64,000 nucleotides of DNA from an uncultured virus (IMG/VR IMGVR_UViG_3300021131_000005) (IMGVR_UViG_3300021131_000005), one strand, 5' to 3'; counted from the stretch's first letter, positions 1 through 10,242 are shown. A program made the numbers and translations. Notes: generated by a model from the sequence alone, not told the origin.

Positions 1-554
1 CACTTACATCAGCCGATAAGGACTTATTGAAAGGCACTACGATTAACGGTTCTCTTGATTTGAGTTCACTTACATCAGCCGATAAGGACTTCTTGAAAGA
101 AAATGTATCTAAATTAAAAAAAGGGTATAACAAAAAACTTGGATATTGTTTTTTTGATGGTATTTTATCTAAGGTATTATCGGTTCATATAAGAAAAGAA
201 TATACCATATATAAAACCCCTTTTGAATTTATATCACAGAAAGGGGATTATACGGCTCACGCTAAAACAATAAAAAAATCAATAGACGACTTAGAGTTTA
301 AGATTATTTCAAAAAAATTAAAAAATGAACCAATAAATTCAGATACAGAAATAACAGTAAAGTATTATAGGTTAATTACGGGGGCTTGTGATGGTGGGGT
401 TAGAAATTGGATGAAAAATAATAATATCCCATTTAAAGTAGTAGGGGAAGATACGGTAGAAGAAAATCCAATTAAAGCAAAAGATTTGCTGCCTATTTTA
501 GAAAAAAGAAAAGACTATGGTTATGAAAAGTTTAAATCATTAATAACTTTTTAG
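1..554 (+). CDS. 3' part of an LRR-like repeat protein (5' end outside window)
   Basis: The 24-nt string cacttacatcagccgataaggact occurs at 1-24 and 67-90, a 66-nt (22-aa) period: SLTSADKDLLKGTTINGSLDLS-SLTSADKDFLK. The frame is open to the window edge. Confidence 0.6.
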   Translation, partial: LTSADKDLLKGTTINGSLDLSSLTSADKDFLKENVSKLKKGYNKKLGYCFFDGILSKVLSVHIRKEYTIYKTPFEFISQKGDYTAHAKTIKKSIDDLEFKIISKKLKNEPINSDTEITVKYYRLITGACDGGVRNWMKNNNIPFKVVGEDTVEENPIKAKDLLPILEKRKDYGYEKFKSLITF

Positions 555-617
555 TTTTAAATAAATGTGTAATAACTAATAAAGATTAAAAGCGGAAATT
601 TCCGTATTTATAAAGTA

Positions 618-716
618 ATGAGTTTTAATAGTACTATCATACCCCGTAAAAAGCAACTTAATTGCGGTCACTTTGTAATTTTTGCGTACATTTGCATAAA
701 TTACACTTATGGATAA
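618..716 (+). pseudogene. Remnant 5' fragment resembling the N-terminus of the downstream HNH gene
   Basis: MSFNSTIIPRKKQLNCGH resembles MNNSTIIIKNKKCKCGC at 1592. Confidence 0.45.
687..694 (+). promoter_or_regulatory. Bacteroidota -7 promoter element (TACATTTG)
   Basis: Matches TAnnTTTG, 14 nt upstream of the GIY-YIG ATG. Confidence 0.55.
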
Positions 717-1599
717 AGGTAAAATGATGTGCGTAGTTTATTGTTTTGAAAATAAAATTAATGGGAAAAAATATATTGGAAGTACAATTGATTTTAGACA
801 AAGATTTTATTCTCACATAAGAAATAGCACAAATAAAGAATTAAAATTGGATATAGATACCTACGGGTTGTCTATATTTTCTTTTACTATTTTAGAGTTT
901 TTAGAGTTTTGTTTTAATGAGGATAAAATTTATATTAAGAAAAAATTGTTAGATATAGAACAAAAATATATTGACTTGTTTCTTAAAAATAAAAATGGCA
1001 AAATAAATAAAGAAATATCTTACAATATAAGCGAGTTGTCTAATTGCTCTAAATATGAATTTAGTGAAGAAGTAAGAAGTAAAATGTCTTTTTCTGCAAA
1101 AAATAAAGTATTTACCGATTCTCACAAAAAAAACATAAGCAAAAATCATTTTTCAAAAAAAGAAGGTTTTGTATCTTGGTGCAAAGGCAAAGAAATGTCA
1201 TCTACTTCTAAAGAAAAGTTATTAAAACATTCAATAGAAAGTAAAATTCCTATTTGCCAATACGACAAAAATGGTATTTTTTTGAAAAAATACGAAAGTA
1301 TTCGAGAGGCTGCATATTTGAATAATTTTGATAGTGGAAATATTAGCAAAGCTGTTTCTAGTAACATAAAAACGTATAAAAACTGTTATTGGAAAAAGTT
1401 TGAAGGTTCTATTGAAAATTTAACCAGTAAAAAATTTATATTAATGTTAGATGTAGATTTACTAGAGGTTGGTAGATTTAATAATATGTTTGAAATAGAA
1501 AAAAAAACAGGCATACATCATACTAATGTTAGTAGGGCTATAAAAAATGGCAAATCAACTATGGGATTTTATTTTAAAAAAGTTATTATTGATGAATAA
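709..1599 (+). CDS. GIY-YIG homing endonuclease with NUMOD3/NUMOD1-type DNA-binding repeats
   Basis: VVYCFENKINGKKYIGST..RFYSH catalytic motif; FSEEVRSKMS (NUMOD3-like); QYDKNGIFLKKYESIREAA and KSTMGFYFK (NUMOD1-like). Confidence 0.9.
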   Translation: MDKGKMMCVVYCFENKINGKKYIGSTIDFRQRFYSHIRNSTNKELKLDIDTYGLSIFSFTILEFLEFCFNEDKIYIKKKLLDIEQKYIDLFLKNKNGKINKEISYNISELSNCSKYEFSEEVRSKMSFSAKNKVFTDSHKKNISKNHFSKKEGFVSWCKGKEMSSTSKEKLLKHSIESKIPICQYDKNGIFLKKYESIREAAYLNNFDSGNISKAVSSNIKTYKNCYWKKFEGSIENLTSKKFILMLDVDLLEVGRFNNMFEIEKKTGIHHTNVSRAIKNGKSTMGFYFKKVIIDE

Positions 1600-2137
1600 T
1601 TCAACAATTATTATAAAGAATAAAAAATGCAAATGCGGCTGTGGTCGTGAAGGAAAGATATGGTCAAAAGGTATGTTGAAGGAATGTTACTTTCGTTTAA
1701 ATCCCCCCAAACCTATTTCTAAATTCTCAAAGAAAAGAGAAAGTGAATTATTAGGTAGTGGGGAAAGTATGCAGCCGAAAGGTAATGCAGAATTACAAAG
1801 GTGGTTTGAAGAAAGACATAAGGAATTAACTGGGGTTTGTTCGCATTGCGGTGGTTGTACCGAAAAAGGTAAATCAAGTTACAAATGTTCTATTGCACAT
1901 ATACTACCAAAAGCGTACTTTAAAAGTGTAGCAACACATCCACTAAACTATTTAGAGTTGTGCTTTTATGGGAAATCTTGTCACACTAATTTTGATAACC
2001 ACCAAATTGATATTATGGAGTTGAATTGTTTTGACGAAGTAATTAAAAGATTTGTTGCAATGTATCCAAGTATAGCACTACAAGAACGTAGACGTATCCC
2101 ACAAATATTGTTAGACTATTTAGATGTTGAAAAATGA
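1592..2137 (+). CDS. HNH-type zinc-binding nuclease (NinG/recombination-like)
   Basis: CSHCG..AHILPK..NYLELC..CHTNFD pattern. The probable start at 1592 overlaps the GIY-YIG stop. Confidence 0.65.
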   Translation: MNNSTIIIKNKKCKCGCGREGKIWSKGMLKECYFRLNPPKPISKFSKKRESELLGSGESMQPKGNAELQRWFEERHKELTGVCSHCGGCTEKGKSSYKCSIAHILPKAYFKSVATHPLNYLELCFYGKSCHTNFDNHQIDIMELNCFDEVIKRFVAMYPSIALQERRRIPQILLDYLDVEK

Positions 2138-2304
2138 ATGGAAGTTTTTACCGAATAGTATATGCACTAGGATATGGAATTGATGAAGTTGTTTTTTGGA
2201 AGGATTGTTACAATGAACAATATAAACTTTCAAATGGTGATTTTGTGTTTGCAATAGCTAAAAAAACAAGTAAACCCCAATTACTTAATGCTTAAATTTA
2301 ATAA

Positions 2305-3252
2305 ATGAGTAAAAAAAGATTATTATTTGTAAAACAAGAGTGCCACGCATACAGTAGTGTTGCTATGGTTAAAGCCTTTAAAGAAGTGGGTTTTGATATT
2401 ATTGATTTAGATTGGCAGAAGTATAGATTTGAGCATGGATTAGAAAATCTAAATGAAGAAGTTATTAGGCTTTCAAAGGGGTTTAGTCCCGATGTTACTT
2501 TTATTCATTTACAGTTGCCTAATGTTTTTACTTTAGATACATGGAAATCCCTTTCAGAAAATAGCTTCGTAATAAACTTTACAGAAGATGTAAGAGAAGA
2601 TACTACATGGTATGAAGCAGTAGCACCACATATAGGGTTAACAGTATTTACAAATGAAGATGATGTAGAAAAGTTTAATCAAAAGGGGATTAGTAACGTT
2701 ACCTTCATGCCAACAAGTTTTAACGACTTATGGTACAGACCGATGCCTAAAACAGAAACATACTACGGGGATATTGTCTTTGTGGGGAATAATTACTTAG
2801 GCACAAATCACAAATTTCCTAAGTCACAAGAAAGGTACGATATGGTACAGTTCTTAAAAAATGAATTTGGTGATAGGTTTAAAGTTTATGGTTTAAATTG
2901 GGGAAAAGAAATAAAAATGCTCAACCCCCAACAAGCGATAGAAGCCTACAATAATTCTAAGATAGTAATAACACAAAACAACTTTGAAAGAAAAAGTTAT
3001 CAGTCAGACAGGGCTTTTAATGCTATTGGTTGTGGTGCTTTTGTTTTGGCTCAATACTTTGAAGGAATAGAAAACCAATTTGAAGGAAACTTATTTTGGT
3101 GGGATAACTTTGAAGATATAAAAGAAGTCTGCAACAATCTTTTAGACGCAACCCCGTATAGAGAAACTTTAGCAAATAAAACTAGAGAGTTTGTATTGTG
3201 TAACCACCTTTGGGAACATAGATTTGAATACTTAAAACAATTTATAAAATGA
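2305..3252 (+). CDS. CgeB-like GT-B glycosyltransferase
   Basis: DIVFVGN, FKVYG..WG, YNNSKIVI, SDRAFNAIGCGAFVL and HLWEHR C-terminal pattern of the CgeB / Glyco_trans_1_2 family. Confidence 0.8.
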   Translation: MSKKRLLFVKQECHAYSSVAMVKAFKEVGFDIIDLDWQKYRFEHGLENLNEEVIRLSKGFSPDVTFIHLQLPNVFTLDTWKSLSENSFVINFTEDVREDTTWYEAVAPHIGLTVFTNEDDVEKFNQKGISNVTFMPTSFNDLWYRPMPKTETYYGDIVFVGNNYLGTNHKFPKSQERYDMVQFLKNEFGDRFKVYGLNWGKEIKMLNPQQAIEAYNNSKIVITQNNFERKSYQSDRAFNAIGCGAFVLAQYFEGIENQFEGNLFWWDNFEDIKEVCNNLLDATPYRETLANKTREFVLCNHLWEHRFEYLKQFIK

Positions 3253-3599
3253 TAGAATTAAAAAACGAAAACAGAAGTAGTGATTGGTGGATGCCTTATG
3301 TGCCAAATTTTTTAAAGAAAAAAGAACTTGTTTTAGAAAAAAAACAACCTAAACTTACATTACACCCTTACTATAAAGTGTGGTATAAATTAGATATTGA
3401 TTATGAGTATTCTTTATTGAGCAAAGACAGAAGAACAATAGAAAATGTACCTTCTTGTATATGTACCGTTTATTCTGAACCAAATATATATGTTGCTAAA
3501 TACAGTATTTCATTTGATTTATATAAAACTTCTATTGAAAAGGCTATTAGTGAAGCAGTTGAATATATTTTAAGAAAAGAAAAATTACAAAATGGTTAA
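3249..3599 (+). CDS. hypothetical protein
   Basis: ORF overlaps its neighbours, consistent with an operon. Confidence 0.6.
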   Translation: MIELKNENRSSDWWMPYVPNFLKKKELVLEKKQPKLTLHPYYKVWYKLDIDYEYSLLSKDRRTIENVPSCICTVYSEPNIYVAKYSISFDLYKTSIEKAISEAVEYILRKEKLQNG

Positions 3600-3780
3600 T
3601 GAAGAAACCCCGTGCTATATGGCACATAGAATAGATGGTAACATCCCTAACTTTGGCGATTGCGAAGGTGCAAAGCAATATCATGGAAGACTTTGTGATT
3701 GTGGTAAGTTAAAAGCAGTAACAGAATATTGTGGGTGTCCTGATTGCCCCGAAAAAACAAAGTTTATAGAGAATGATTAA
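3592..3780 (+). CDS. small Cys-rich (possibly Zn-binding) protein
   Basis: CDCG and CGCPDC motifs; coupled to neighbours. Confidence 0.5.
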   Translation: MVNEETPCYMAHRIDGNIPNFGDCEGAKQYHGRLCDCGKLKAVTEYCGCPDCPEKTKFIEND

Positions 3781-4585
3781 CGGTAACGAAGAATACGATT
3801 TACAGAACGAAAACTTTGACTTGTATGTAGCAAATACTTTATCAGATATGACAGAGTATGAAAGAAATTTGCTACCTACTAAGTTAATGTTAAAGATATG
3901 CACTAAAACTGGCATTTTTAATGCAAAAAAAGCCAATAAAATGTCTTTTTTTGAAAAGATATATGCTTTATGGAAGGCTAAAGGTCGTAGGTTCTATATT
4001 GTTATCGAGGATGAAGAAAACGGTTTGTCGCATCAAGAATTTCAAGAATTAAGGGAAAACATTGCAAAGACAAAGAAAACCCAAAAGAAAATGGACGACC
4101 CTTTTGAAAAAGCTAAAATTGAAAACTTTTTCTTATTGGGTTCTAAAGAATTGTGTGATACTTTCTCATACATGAATAAAATAAACTGTTCTCCTTTCTT
4201 TAATTATTTACTAAAAATTAAAAATTCCCCTACTTCTAAAATAGCACAATACAAACAAGAAATGAATTACATTATGAGGTTTGTTTGTCAATATGAAGCT
4301 CAAAAAAAGAAATTGCATAGTCAATTAAAGATAACAATGTCCGAAATGTTGGTTTTACTTTATCTGTATGAGGGTCAACCGATGGTAAGTAGTACAATAC
4401 ACAATAGTGTTTTTAAATATTGCTATCAATCAAGTGCCACTAAGATAAAATTAGCTTTTAGTTCACTTCAACAACGGGGTTTAATAGTGAAAACGGGCAA
4501 GTTTTCTAACTCAAAACTAGCTATTACAGAACTTGGTAAGGAAAAAATTAACGAATTAATACTTAAAATGGTTAATTTCCCTTAA
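3773..4585 (+). CDS. protein with C-terminal MarR-like winged HTH
   Basis: ITMSEMLVLLYL..LQQRGLIVK..LAITELGKE. Confidence 0.55.
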   Translation: MINGNEEYDLQNENFDLYVANTLSDMTEYERNLLPTKLMLKICTKTGIFNAKKANKMSFFEKIYALWKAKGRRFYIVIEDEENGLSHQEFQELRENIAKTKKTQKKMDDPFEKAKIENFFLLGSKELCDTFSYMNKINCSPFFNYLLKIKNSPTSKIAQYKQEMNYIMRFVCQYEAQKKKLHSQLKITMSEMLVLLYLYEGQPMVSSTIHNSVFKYCYQSSATKIKLAFSSLQQRGLIVKTGKFSNSKLAITELGKEKINELILKMVNFP

Positions 4586-4640
4586 AAATCACTTCGTATA
4601 TAAAATTTAGATTACTTTTACAAACGAAAAAAGGTTATAG

Positions 4641-5303
4641 ATGAAATTATTATACAAATTTGCTTCACGTTCAAGACCTAAAAAGTTCTTCGATTGCTTA
4701 GATAATATTCAATCACTAGCAAGACATGATGACTACCTTATACTTTGTTCCTTAGATAAGGACGATGAAAGTATGAATACCCCCGAAGTAATAAAAAAAT
4801 TATCTACTTATAAGAAAGTAATGCCTATTTGGGGTTTATCTACATCTAAAATTTCTGCAATAAATAGGGACATCGAATTAATACCTTCCGATTGGGATAT
4901 TCTACTTAACCATTCAGATGATATGGTATTTATCAAAGAGGGGTTTGATTTGGATGTCATAGAGGCGTTTCAAAACTTTGATGGTTTGGTACATTTCCCC
5001 GACCAAAAAGCAAAAGAAATGCTTATTACCTATGCAATGATGTCTAAAGGATATTATGAAAGATACGGATACATCTACCACCCCTCATTTGAAAGCGTTT
5101 ATTGCGACAACTACCAACAGCACGTTGCCAAAATGACTAACAGCTATAAATATGTCGATAAACAAATCCTAATACACGCTCATCACGCTTGGGGATTCGG
5201 AGAAGCTGATGATTTATTGAGAAAAACAGAAAACCCCGTTACATATCAAAAAGATAAAGAAACTTTTGAAAGACTAAAAAAACAATTTGATGCAAGAAAT
5301 TAA
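4641..5303 (+). CDS. GT-A fold (GT2-like) glycosyltransferase
   Basis: FASRSRP, DILLNHSDDM (DxD-like), YCDN and HAHH motifs. Confidence 0.75.
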   Translation: MKLLYKFASRSRPKKFFDCLDNIQSLARHDDYLILCSLDKDDESMNTPEVIKKLSTYKKVMPIWGLSTSKISAINRDIELIPSDWDILLNHSDDMVFIKEGFDLDVIEAFQNFDGLVHFPDQKAKEMLITYAMMSKGYYERYGYIYHPSFESVYCDNYQQHVAKMTNSYKYVDKQILIHAHHAWGFGEADDLLRKTENPVTYQKDKETFERLKKQFDARN

Positions 5304-5871
5304 ATTATCAGTACTAATCCCCGTACATACTAATCATATCCCCTTGTTTAATGTTCTTTACGATAACTTAAAGAAACAAATAGCACAAGAAAACGCCAAC
5401 GACTTAGTAGAAGTACTTTATCATGTAGATAGTGGTGAAATATCAACAGGGGCGAAACGTAACGGTCTATTAGATAAAGCACAAGGAGATTATGTTATTT
5501 TCCCTGACGCAGATGACGAAATTCCACCTTATTACATAAAAGAACTTTTAGAGGCATCAAAAAGCAATTCTGATTGTTTTGGAATAAATGGGAAAATGAC
5601 TACAGATGGGTATAATGAAGTTAAGTGGGATTTATCAAAAGATAATCTAAATATGACTATATATATTGATGGAAAACCCTATTATAAAAGAACCACAAAT
5701 CATATTACAGCCGTAAAGCGTGGACTTGCATTAATGGCTAGATTCCCCGACTTAAAATTAGGAGAAGATAAAGGGTACAGCGATAAGGTAGTTAAATTTC
5801 TAAAAACAGAACACAAAATTATCCCACTTATGTACCACTATAAATATACTTCAAAAAATAAATTGTACTAA
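5287..5871 (+). CDS. GT2 family glycosyltransferase
   Basis: KLSVLIP, GAKRNGLLDKAQGDYVIFPDADD and GED motifs. Confidence 0.85.
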   Translation: MMQEIKLSVLIPVHTNHIPLFNVLYDNLKKQIAQENANDLVEVLYHVDSGEISTGAKRNGLLDKAQGDYVIFPDADDEIPPYYIKELLEASKSNSDCFGINGKMTTDGYNEVKWDLSKDNLNMTIYIDGKPYYKRTTNHITAVKRGLALMARFPDLKLGEDKGYSDKVVKFLKTEHKIIPLMYHYKYTSKNKLY

Positions 5872-6191
5872 TGTCAAAAGAAATAATAGAAATAGATAAA
5901 TATTCGCCTAAATGGGAAAGTGAAAATTCAGATATATCAATTAAAAGAAGTGATATAAAATGTAACACTTGTAGTTATTTTGATATTAATGGTTTTTGTA
6001 ACGGCGAATTATCTTGGGAATTTCAGCGTGGTAGTGATGAAGGTGTATGTGTTGATAAAGATTTTGGTTGCATATATCATTCTATTTTCAACTTCAAAAA
6101 AATAGAAATCCCACAAAAGGGAATAGAAAAATTAAATACCATAACAGATAGAAACGGCAATTTAATAACTGAAATTGACTTCAAAAAATAA
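5871..6191 (+). CDS. small Cys-motif phage protein
   Basis: CNTCSYF..DFGCIYH, similar to 50605..50823. Confidence 0.5.
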   Translation: MSKEIIEIDKYSPKWESENSDISIKRSDIKCNTCSYFDINGFCNGELSWEFQRGSDEGVCVDKDFGCIYHSIFNFKKIEIPQKGIEKLNTITDRNGNLITEIDFKK

Positions 6192-6200
6192 ATTGTATTA

Positions 6201-6920
6201 ATGATGGATAAAGAATATGTAGTAAGTTTTGCAGATGGAGCAGGACACTATGCAAAAGCAATGATGCGCCTTGAATTAAGTTTAAAGGCAGTAATGTGGA
6301 CTAATGAATTTCATATTTTTAAAGGTATTAATGATTACGGACACATTGGAAGCCCTCAACACAAAAACGCACCCGATGCAGTACCTTATGCTTTTAAAGC
6401 CTATTCAATAAAAAAAGCAATAGAAGAAGGTGCAAGGTATATCCTTTGGTGTGATAGTGTTATATATGCAACTAAAGATATAACCCCCGTATTTAACCAT
6501 ATAAAAGAACATGGATACTTATTGTTCGACAATATTGGGTTTTCTGTTGGGGATTTCACATCAGATGCTTGTTTAAGACAACATGGAATGACAAGACAAG
6601 AAGCATTTGAAACAAAAATGTTGATGTCATGTGTACAGGCGTTTGATGTTCAAAATGCAACAGCTAATGAATTTTTAAATAAGTATATTTCAGCAGCATC
6701 GGACGGTGTTTCTTATCAAGGCAGTTGGACTAATGATAATCTTGAAGTATCAAGAGATATGCGTTGTAGAGGTCACAGGCACGACCAAAGCGTTGCAAGT
6801 ATTTTAGCTAAACAATTAGGCATGACAATAACTAACGCCCAAGAAACTTATTTTGCTTATAATGAGCATAAAGGAAAATTAAAGATAGCAGATACAGTGT
6901 GTCTTTGGAGTGGGCTTTAA
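6201..6920 (+). CDS. putative glycosyltransferase / nucleotide-diphospho-sugar transferase-like protein
   Basis: YAFKAYSI, ILWCDS and HRHDQSV motifs; lies inside the GT cluster. Confidence 0.6.
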   Translation: MMDKEYVVSFADGAGHYAKAMMRLELSLKAVMWTNEFHIFKGINDYGHIGSPQHKNAPDAVPYAFKAYSIKKAIEEGARYILWCDSVIYATKDITPVFNHIKEHGYLLFDNIGFSVGDFTSDACLRQHGMTRQEAFETKMLMSCVQAFDVQNATANEFLNKYISAASDGVSYQGSWTNDNLEVSRDMRCRGHRHDQSVASILAKQLGMTITNAQETYFAYNEHKGKLKIADTVCLWSGL

Positions 6921-6932
6921 AAAAAATAAATT

Positions 6933-7556
6933 ATGGTATATTACGGACAAAACTTAGATGATAAAATAGTACATGAGTACTTTGGTAATTACAAGGGGAC
7001 ATTATTGGATATAGGTTCAAATGATGGCAAAAGTTTAAGTAATTCACTTGCATTGATAGAACAAGGTTGGAGTGCTGTATTAGTAGAACCTTCACCTAAA
7101 GCATTTGCAAAACTTTCCCAACTACACGAAGGAAATCCCTATGTAAGTTGTATTCAAGTAGCAATATCAGATGTAGAGGGGGATTTAGACTTTTACGATA
7201 GTGGGGAACACTTAGGTAAAGGCGACACATCATTACTTTCTTCTTTAGATGGTAACGAAATAAAGCGTTGGCACAATACAACAACTTTTGAACCGATAAA
7301 AGTAAAAGTAGAAAAGTGGGATACATTTTTGCAAAAATCCCCCCTAAAAAAGTTCGACTTTATTTCAATAGACGCAGAAGGAGTAGATATTACTATCTTA
7401 AAACAAATGAACCTAAATGAATTAGGATGTAAATGTTTAATTATAGAGTGGAATAGCATACCCCAAAATAAAGCCCAAATAGAATCTATTGTTATCCCAC
7501 AAGGATTTAAACTACTACACTTAAACGGGGAAAATTTAATATTTGTTAAATTATGA
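6933..7556 (+). CDS. FkbM family SAM-dependent methyltransferase
   Basis: YGQNLDD, LDIGSNDG..SNS, LVEP and DFISIDAEG motifs. Confidence 0.9.
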   Translation: MVYYGQNLDDKIVHEYFGNYKGTLLDIGSNDGKSLSNSLALIEQGWSAVLVEPSPKAFAKLSQLHEGNPYVSCIQVAISDVEGDLDFYDSGEHLGKGDTSLLSSLDGNEIKRWHNTTTFEPIKVKVEKWDTFLQKSPLKKFDFISIDAEGVDITILKQMNLNELGCKCLIIEWNSIPQNKAQIESIVIPQGFKLLHLNGENLIFVKL

Positions 7557-7885
7557 AATTAATATCAGAAAATATAGATACAATAAAGTCCCAAATAAAA
7601 GAAGGGATAAAATTCTACATAGAAGAATGTATATACAATGGCAGAGGATATGGTAATCTGTATAGTAGATACCATTTTATGCTTAATAGTGAAAACTATA
7701 AGCACAGCTATACCCATACAATAGATTTAGATGTTTTAGATATTTTTGACAGTGCTAAAATTACTGATGCAGAATTAAAAGTTATTATGCTAAAATATAG
7801 GTTATTAGCTTTTGATACTTTCCCGTTTTTAAAAGAAATAAGAGTTAGTAAAGTCATTATAAGTGAATTTACTAATAAAAAATAA
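7553..7885 (+). CDS. hypothetical protein
   Basis: ORF coupled to the upstream gene. Confidence 0.55.
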   Translation: MKLISENIDTIKSQIKEGIKFYIEECIYNGRGYGNLYSRYHFMLNSENYKHSYTHTIDLDVLDIFDSAKITDAELKVIMLKYRLLAFDTFPFLKEIRVSKVIISEFTNKK

Positions 7886-7913
7886 CTTTTATTGTAACTA
7901 AAATTGATTAATT

Positions 7914-8138
7914 ATGAATTTACAAATAAACAACAAGCATAATATTGGTGATACCGTTTCTTTTTTTGAAAGCACTTTTACCCATGCAAATGGAATGAAC
8001 CCTGCATCTTCTGAAACAATAGAAAAACAAAGTAAAATTAAAAAAATAATAGTAACCATTACTGAATCAGAAATAGAATGGGAATATCAATTAGACGGTG
8101 GACAAAGAAGGAATGATAATACTATTTTAGTTAAATAA
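7914..8138 (+). CDS. hypothetical protein
   Basis: KHNIGDTV start typical of small phage SH3-like proteins. Confidence 0.55.
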   Translation: MNLQINNKHNIGDTVSFFESTFTHANGMNPASSETIEKQSKIKKIIVTITESEIEWEYQLDGGQRRNDNTILVK

Positions 8139-8140
8139 TT

Positions 8141-10219
8141 ATGGGTGAAATAATTTCTTTACAAGACGGACTTTATAAATTTGAATTACCTCCTTTACCA
8201 ACGGAAAGTGATATATGGTATTATAATGTCCCAAAGAAAGAACAATATTGGAAAACCCCCCATAATAAAGATTTCAGATGGATTAATGAGAAAAACGAAA
8301 TAAAGGATGTAAGAAAAATGTCCGAAAGGCAAAGAGTAGAGTATATTACATATTGGCGTGATAAGTGGGCGAATGGCTTATGGTTTATGAACAATGGTAA
8401 TCCTACTTATATTACGGGGGCAAACGTAGAACATCTTTTATTTAACAAGTTTGATAACAATTATTTATACTATTTAGAATCTCAAAAGGAACGTTTTTAT
8501 TTTAGAGAACTAACTAATAAAGATAGGTTGTGCGATGGAAGATTGTGGGTTAAAGCAAGGCGTACAGGGATTACAACAGAGCAAAGAACAGAATCCGTAA
8601 GGTGTATATTAAGTGGATTTAGTAATAAAGTTGGTATGCAATCAACACAACTTGAAATTTGCAATAGAACTCTTATGAAACCTATTATAGATACCTATAT
8701 AAGCAGACCATATTGGATGCGAGAGGACTTCTATAAAAGCAATGGTAAAAAACCAATTAAATCATTAAGTTTAACAAGTTCAGTATTAGACGAAACGGTT
8801 GAAATGCTTGGGGGATTAGTCATGTCATTTCCTACATTACCTTCTGCTTTGGATGGTGATGGGTGGATGCTAATAATAATGGATGAGGTATCTAAGTGGT
8901 TGACCGCCAAACCTTATGAAACTTTTGAAATTAATTTAAAGGCTATTATAAACCCAAGAAAAAGAGGAAAACTTGATTTACTATCCACAACAGGGGATTC
9001 AGAACTAGCAGCATCGTCCGTTAAAGATTGGCACAAACTAATAGCCAATTCAAGTCCTTCAATAAGAAATGAAAACGGAAAAACAAATACAGGATTATAC
9101 AAGTATTTCGTAAGTGGGATTCATTCACTAGATGTCTTAGAAGAAAAGCCCGAAGTACTTGATAAATATGGATTTATAAATAAAGAAATGGCAGAGGAAT
9201 TTCTTTGGAATAACATTAAGAAATATCCTAAAGATAGTAAGGAATACACTTTTGCCCTTTACAAAACCCCAATGGAAGAAAGACACGCCTTACTTACTGC
9301 AACAGGACAAGGATATTTCAGTAAGATTAGGATAAGCGCAAGATTAGACGAACTAAGAAATATGGCTAATTACGAAAAGCCTTATGTAAGAGGGGTTTTT
9401 GAAGAAGATGTACACGGGCGAGTTTATTTCAAATCTGATTCAGAAAGGCAAAAAGAACAAGATGAAGAAAATAAAGCTAATGGAACTTATTATTCTATAA
9501 CGGCGGGAAATTGGCTAATCGCATTGCACCCTTATTTTTCAAGGGAAAATGAAATAGATACAAGAAATAGATTTAGGCGTATTAATGGCGTTTATTTCCC
9601 TCCCGTAAACGTAGAATTTTGTATAGGATATGACCCTATAAGATATAGAAAAGAAGATACTTCAAGTAACCACCTTTCAGAAGCAGCTATAATAGTTTAC
9701 AAAAAACACGATTATTTTGGTAGTGGATATAGTAACAGATACGCTGCACTTTATTTACATAGACCCGATGACCCTAGAGATGCAAACAAGGAATGTATTA
9801 AGGCTGCTAAATATTATGCTGCACCCGTAATGCACGAAAGAGTTATAGAAAGTGTAAAAGAAGATTTTATAGATGCAAATTGTTTGCCTTTTCTTATGAA
9901 GAACGAAAAAGATGGTTTATATGGTATGTGGATTGATAGTGGGGGTAAGGTTGTTAAAAACTCCCTAGATATGATGGTTACAAGATTTTCCCCACCAAAA
10001 ACAGATGATGATATAGACCAAATAGCAGAAATGCCTTTTGAAGATGTACTTACAGATATGGATGCCTTTGATATAGGAAACACTACAAGTTACGATACTA
10101 TGATGGCTATGGTCGAATTAGAGCAAGGTTTAAAACAAATAAACTACACAAATGTAACAGATAACAGTAATTCCCTTAAATTTGCAATGGCTAAAGAAAT
10201 ATTTGCTCCAAGAGTGTAA
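8141..10219 (+). CDS. terL: terminase large subunit
   Basis: KARRTGIT Walker A-like, IIMDEVSKW Walker B, STT coupling motif, IGYDP RuvC-like nuclease motif; YITG motif seen in crAss-like TerL. Confidence 0.9.
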   Translation: MGEIISLQDGLYKFELPPLPTESDIWYYNVPKKEQYWKTPHNKDFRWINEKNEIKDVRKMSERQRVEYITYWRDKWANGLWFMNNGNPTYITGANVEHLLFNKFDNNYLYYLESQKERFYFRELTNKDRLCDGRLWVKARRTGITTEQRTESVRCILSGFSNKVGMQSTQLEICNRTLMKPIIDTYISRPYWMREDFYKSNGKKPIKSLSLTSSVLDETVEMLGGLVMSFPTLPSALDGDGWMLIIMDEVSKWLTAKPYETFEINLKAIINPRKRGKLDLLSTTGDSELAASSVKDWHKLIANSSPSIRNENGKTNTGLYKYFVSGIHSLDVLEEKPEVLDKYGFINKEMAEEFLWNNIKKYPKDSKEYTFALYKTPMEERHALLTATGQGYFSKIRISARLDELRNMANYEKPYVRGVFEEDVHGRVYFKSDSERQKEQDEENKANGTYYSITAGNWLIALHPYFSRENEIDTRNRFRRINGVYFPPVNVEFCIGYDPIRYRKEDTSSNHLSEAAIIVYKKHDYFGSGYSNRYAALYLHRPDDPRDANKECIKAAKYYAAPVMHERVIESVKEDFIDANCLPFLMKNEKDGLYGMWIDSGGKVVKNSLDMMVTRFSPPKTDDDIDQIAEMPFEDVLTDMDAFDIGNTTSYDTMMAMVELEQGLKQINYTNVTDNSNSLKFAMAKEIFAPRV

Positions 10220-10242
10220 ATTAAATAAACAATAATAATTTT

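Noticed and set aside
1..90. CRISPR-like direct repeat (24 nt, 66-nt period)
   Set aside because: Only two copies are visible, they are in frame within a protein repeat, and no cas genes are present.
676..1599. Group I intron carrying the GIY-YIG ORF
   Set aside because: The ORF directly overlaps the next gene's start and the flanks are too short for an intron core.
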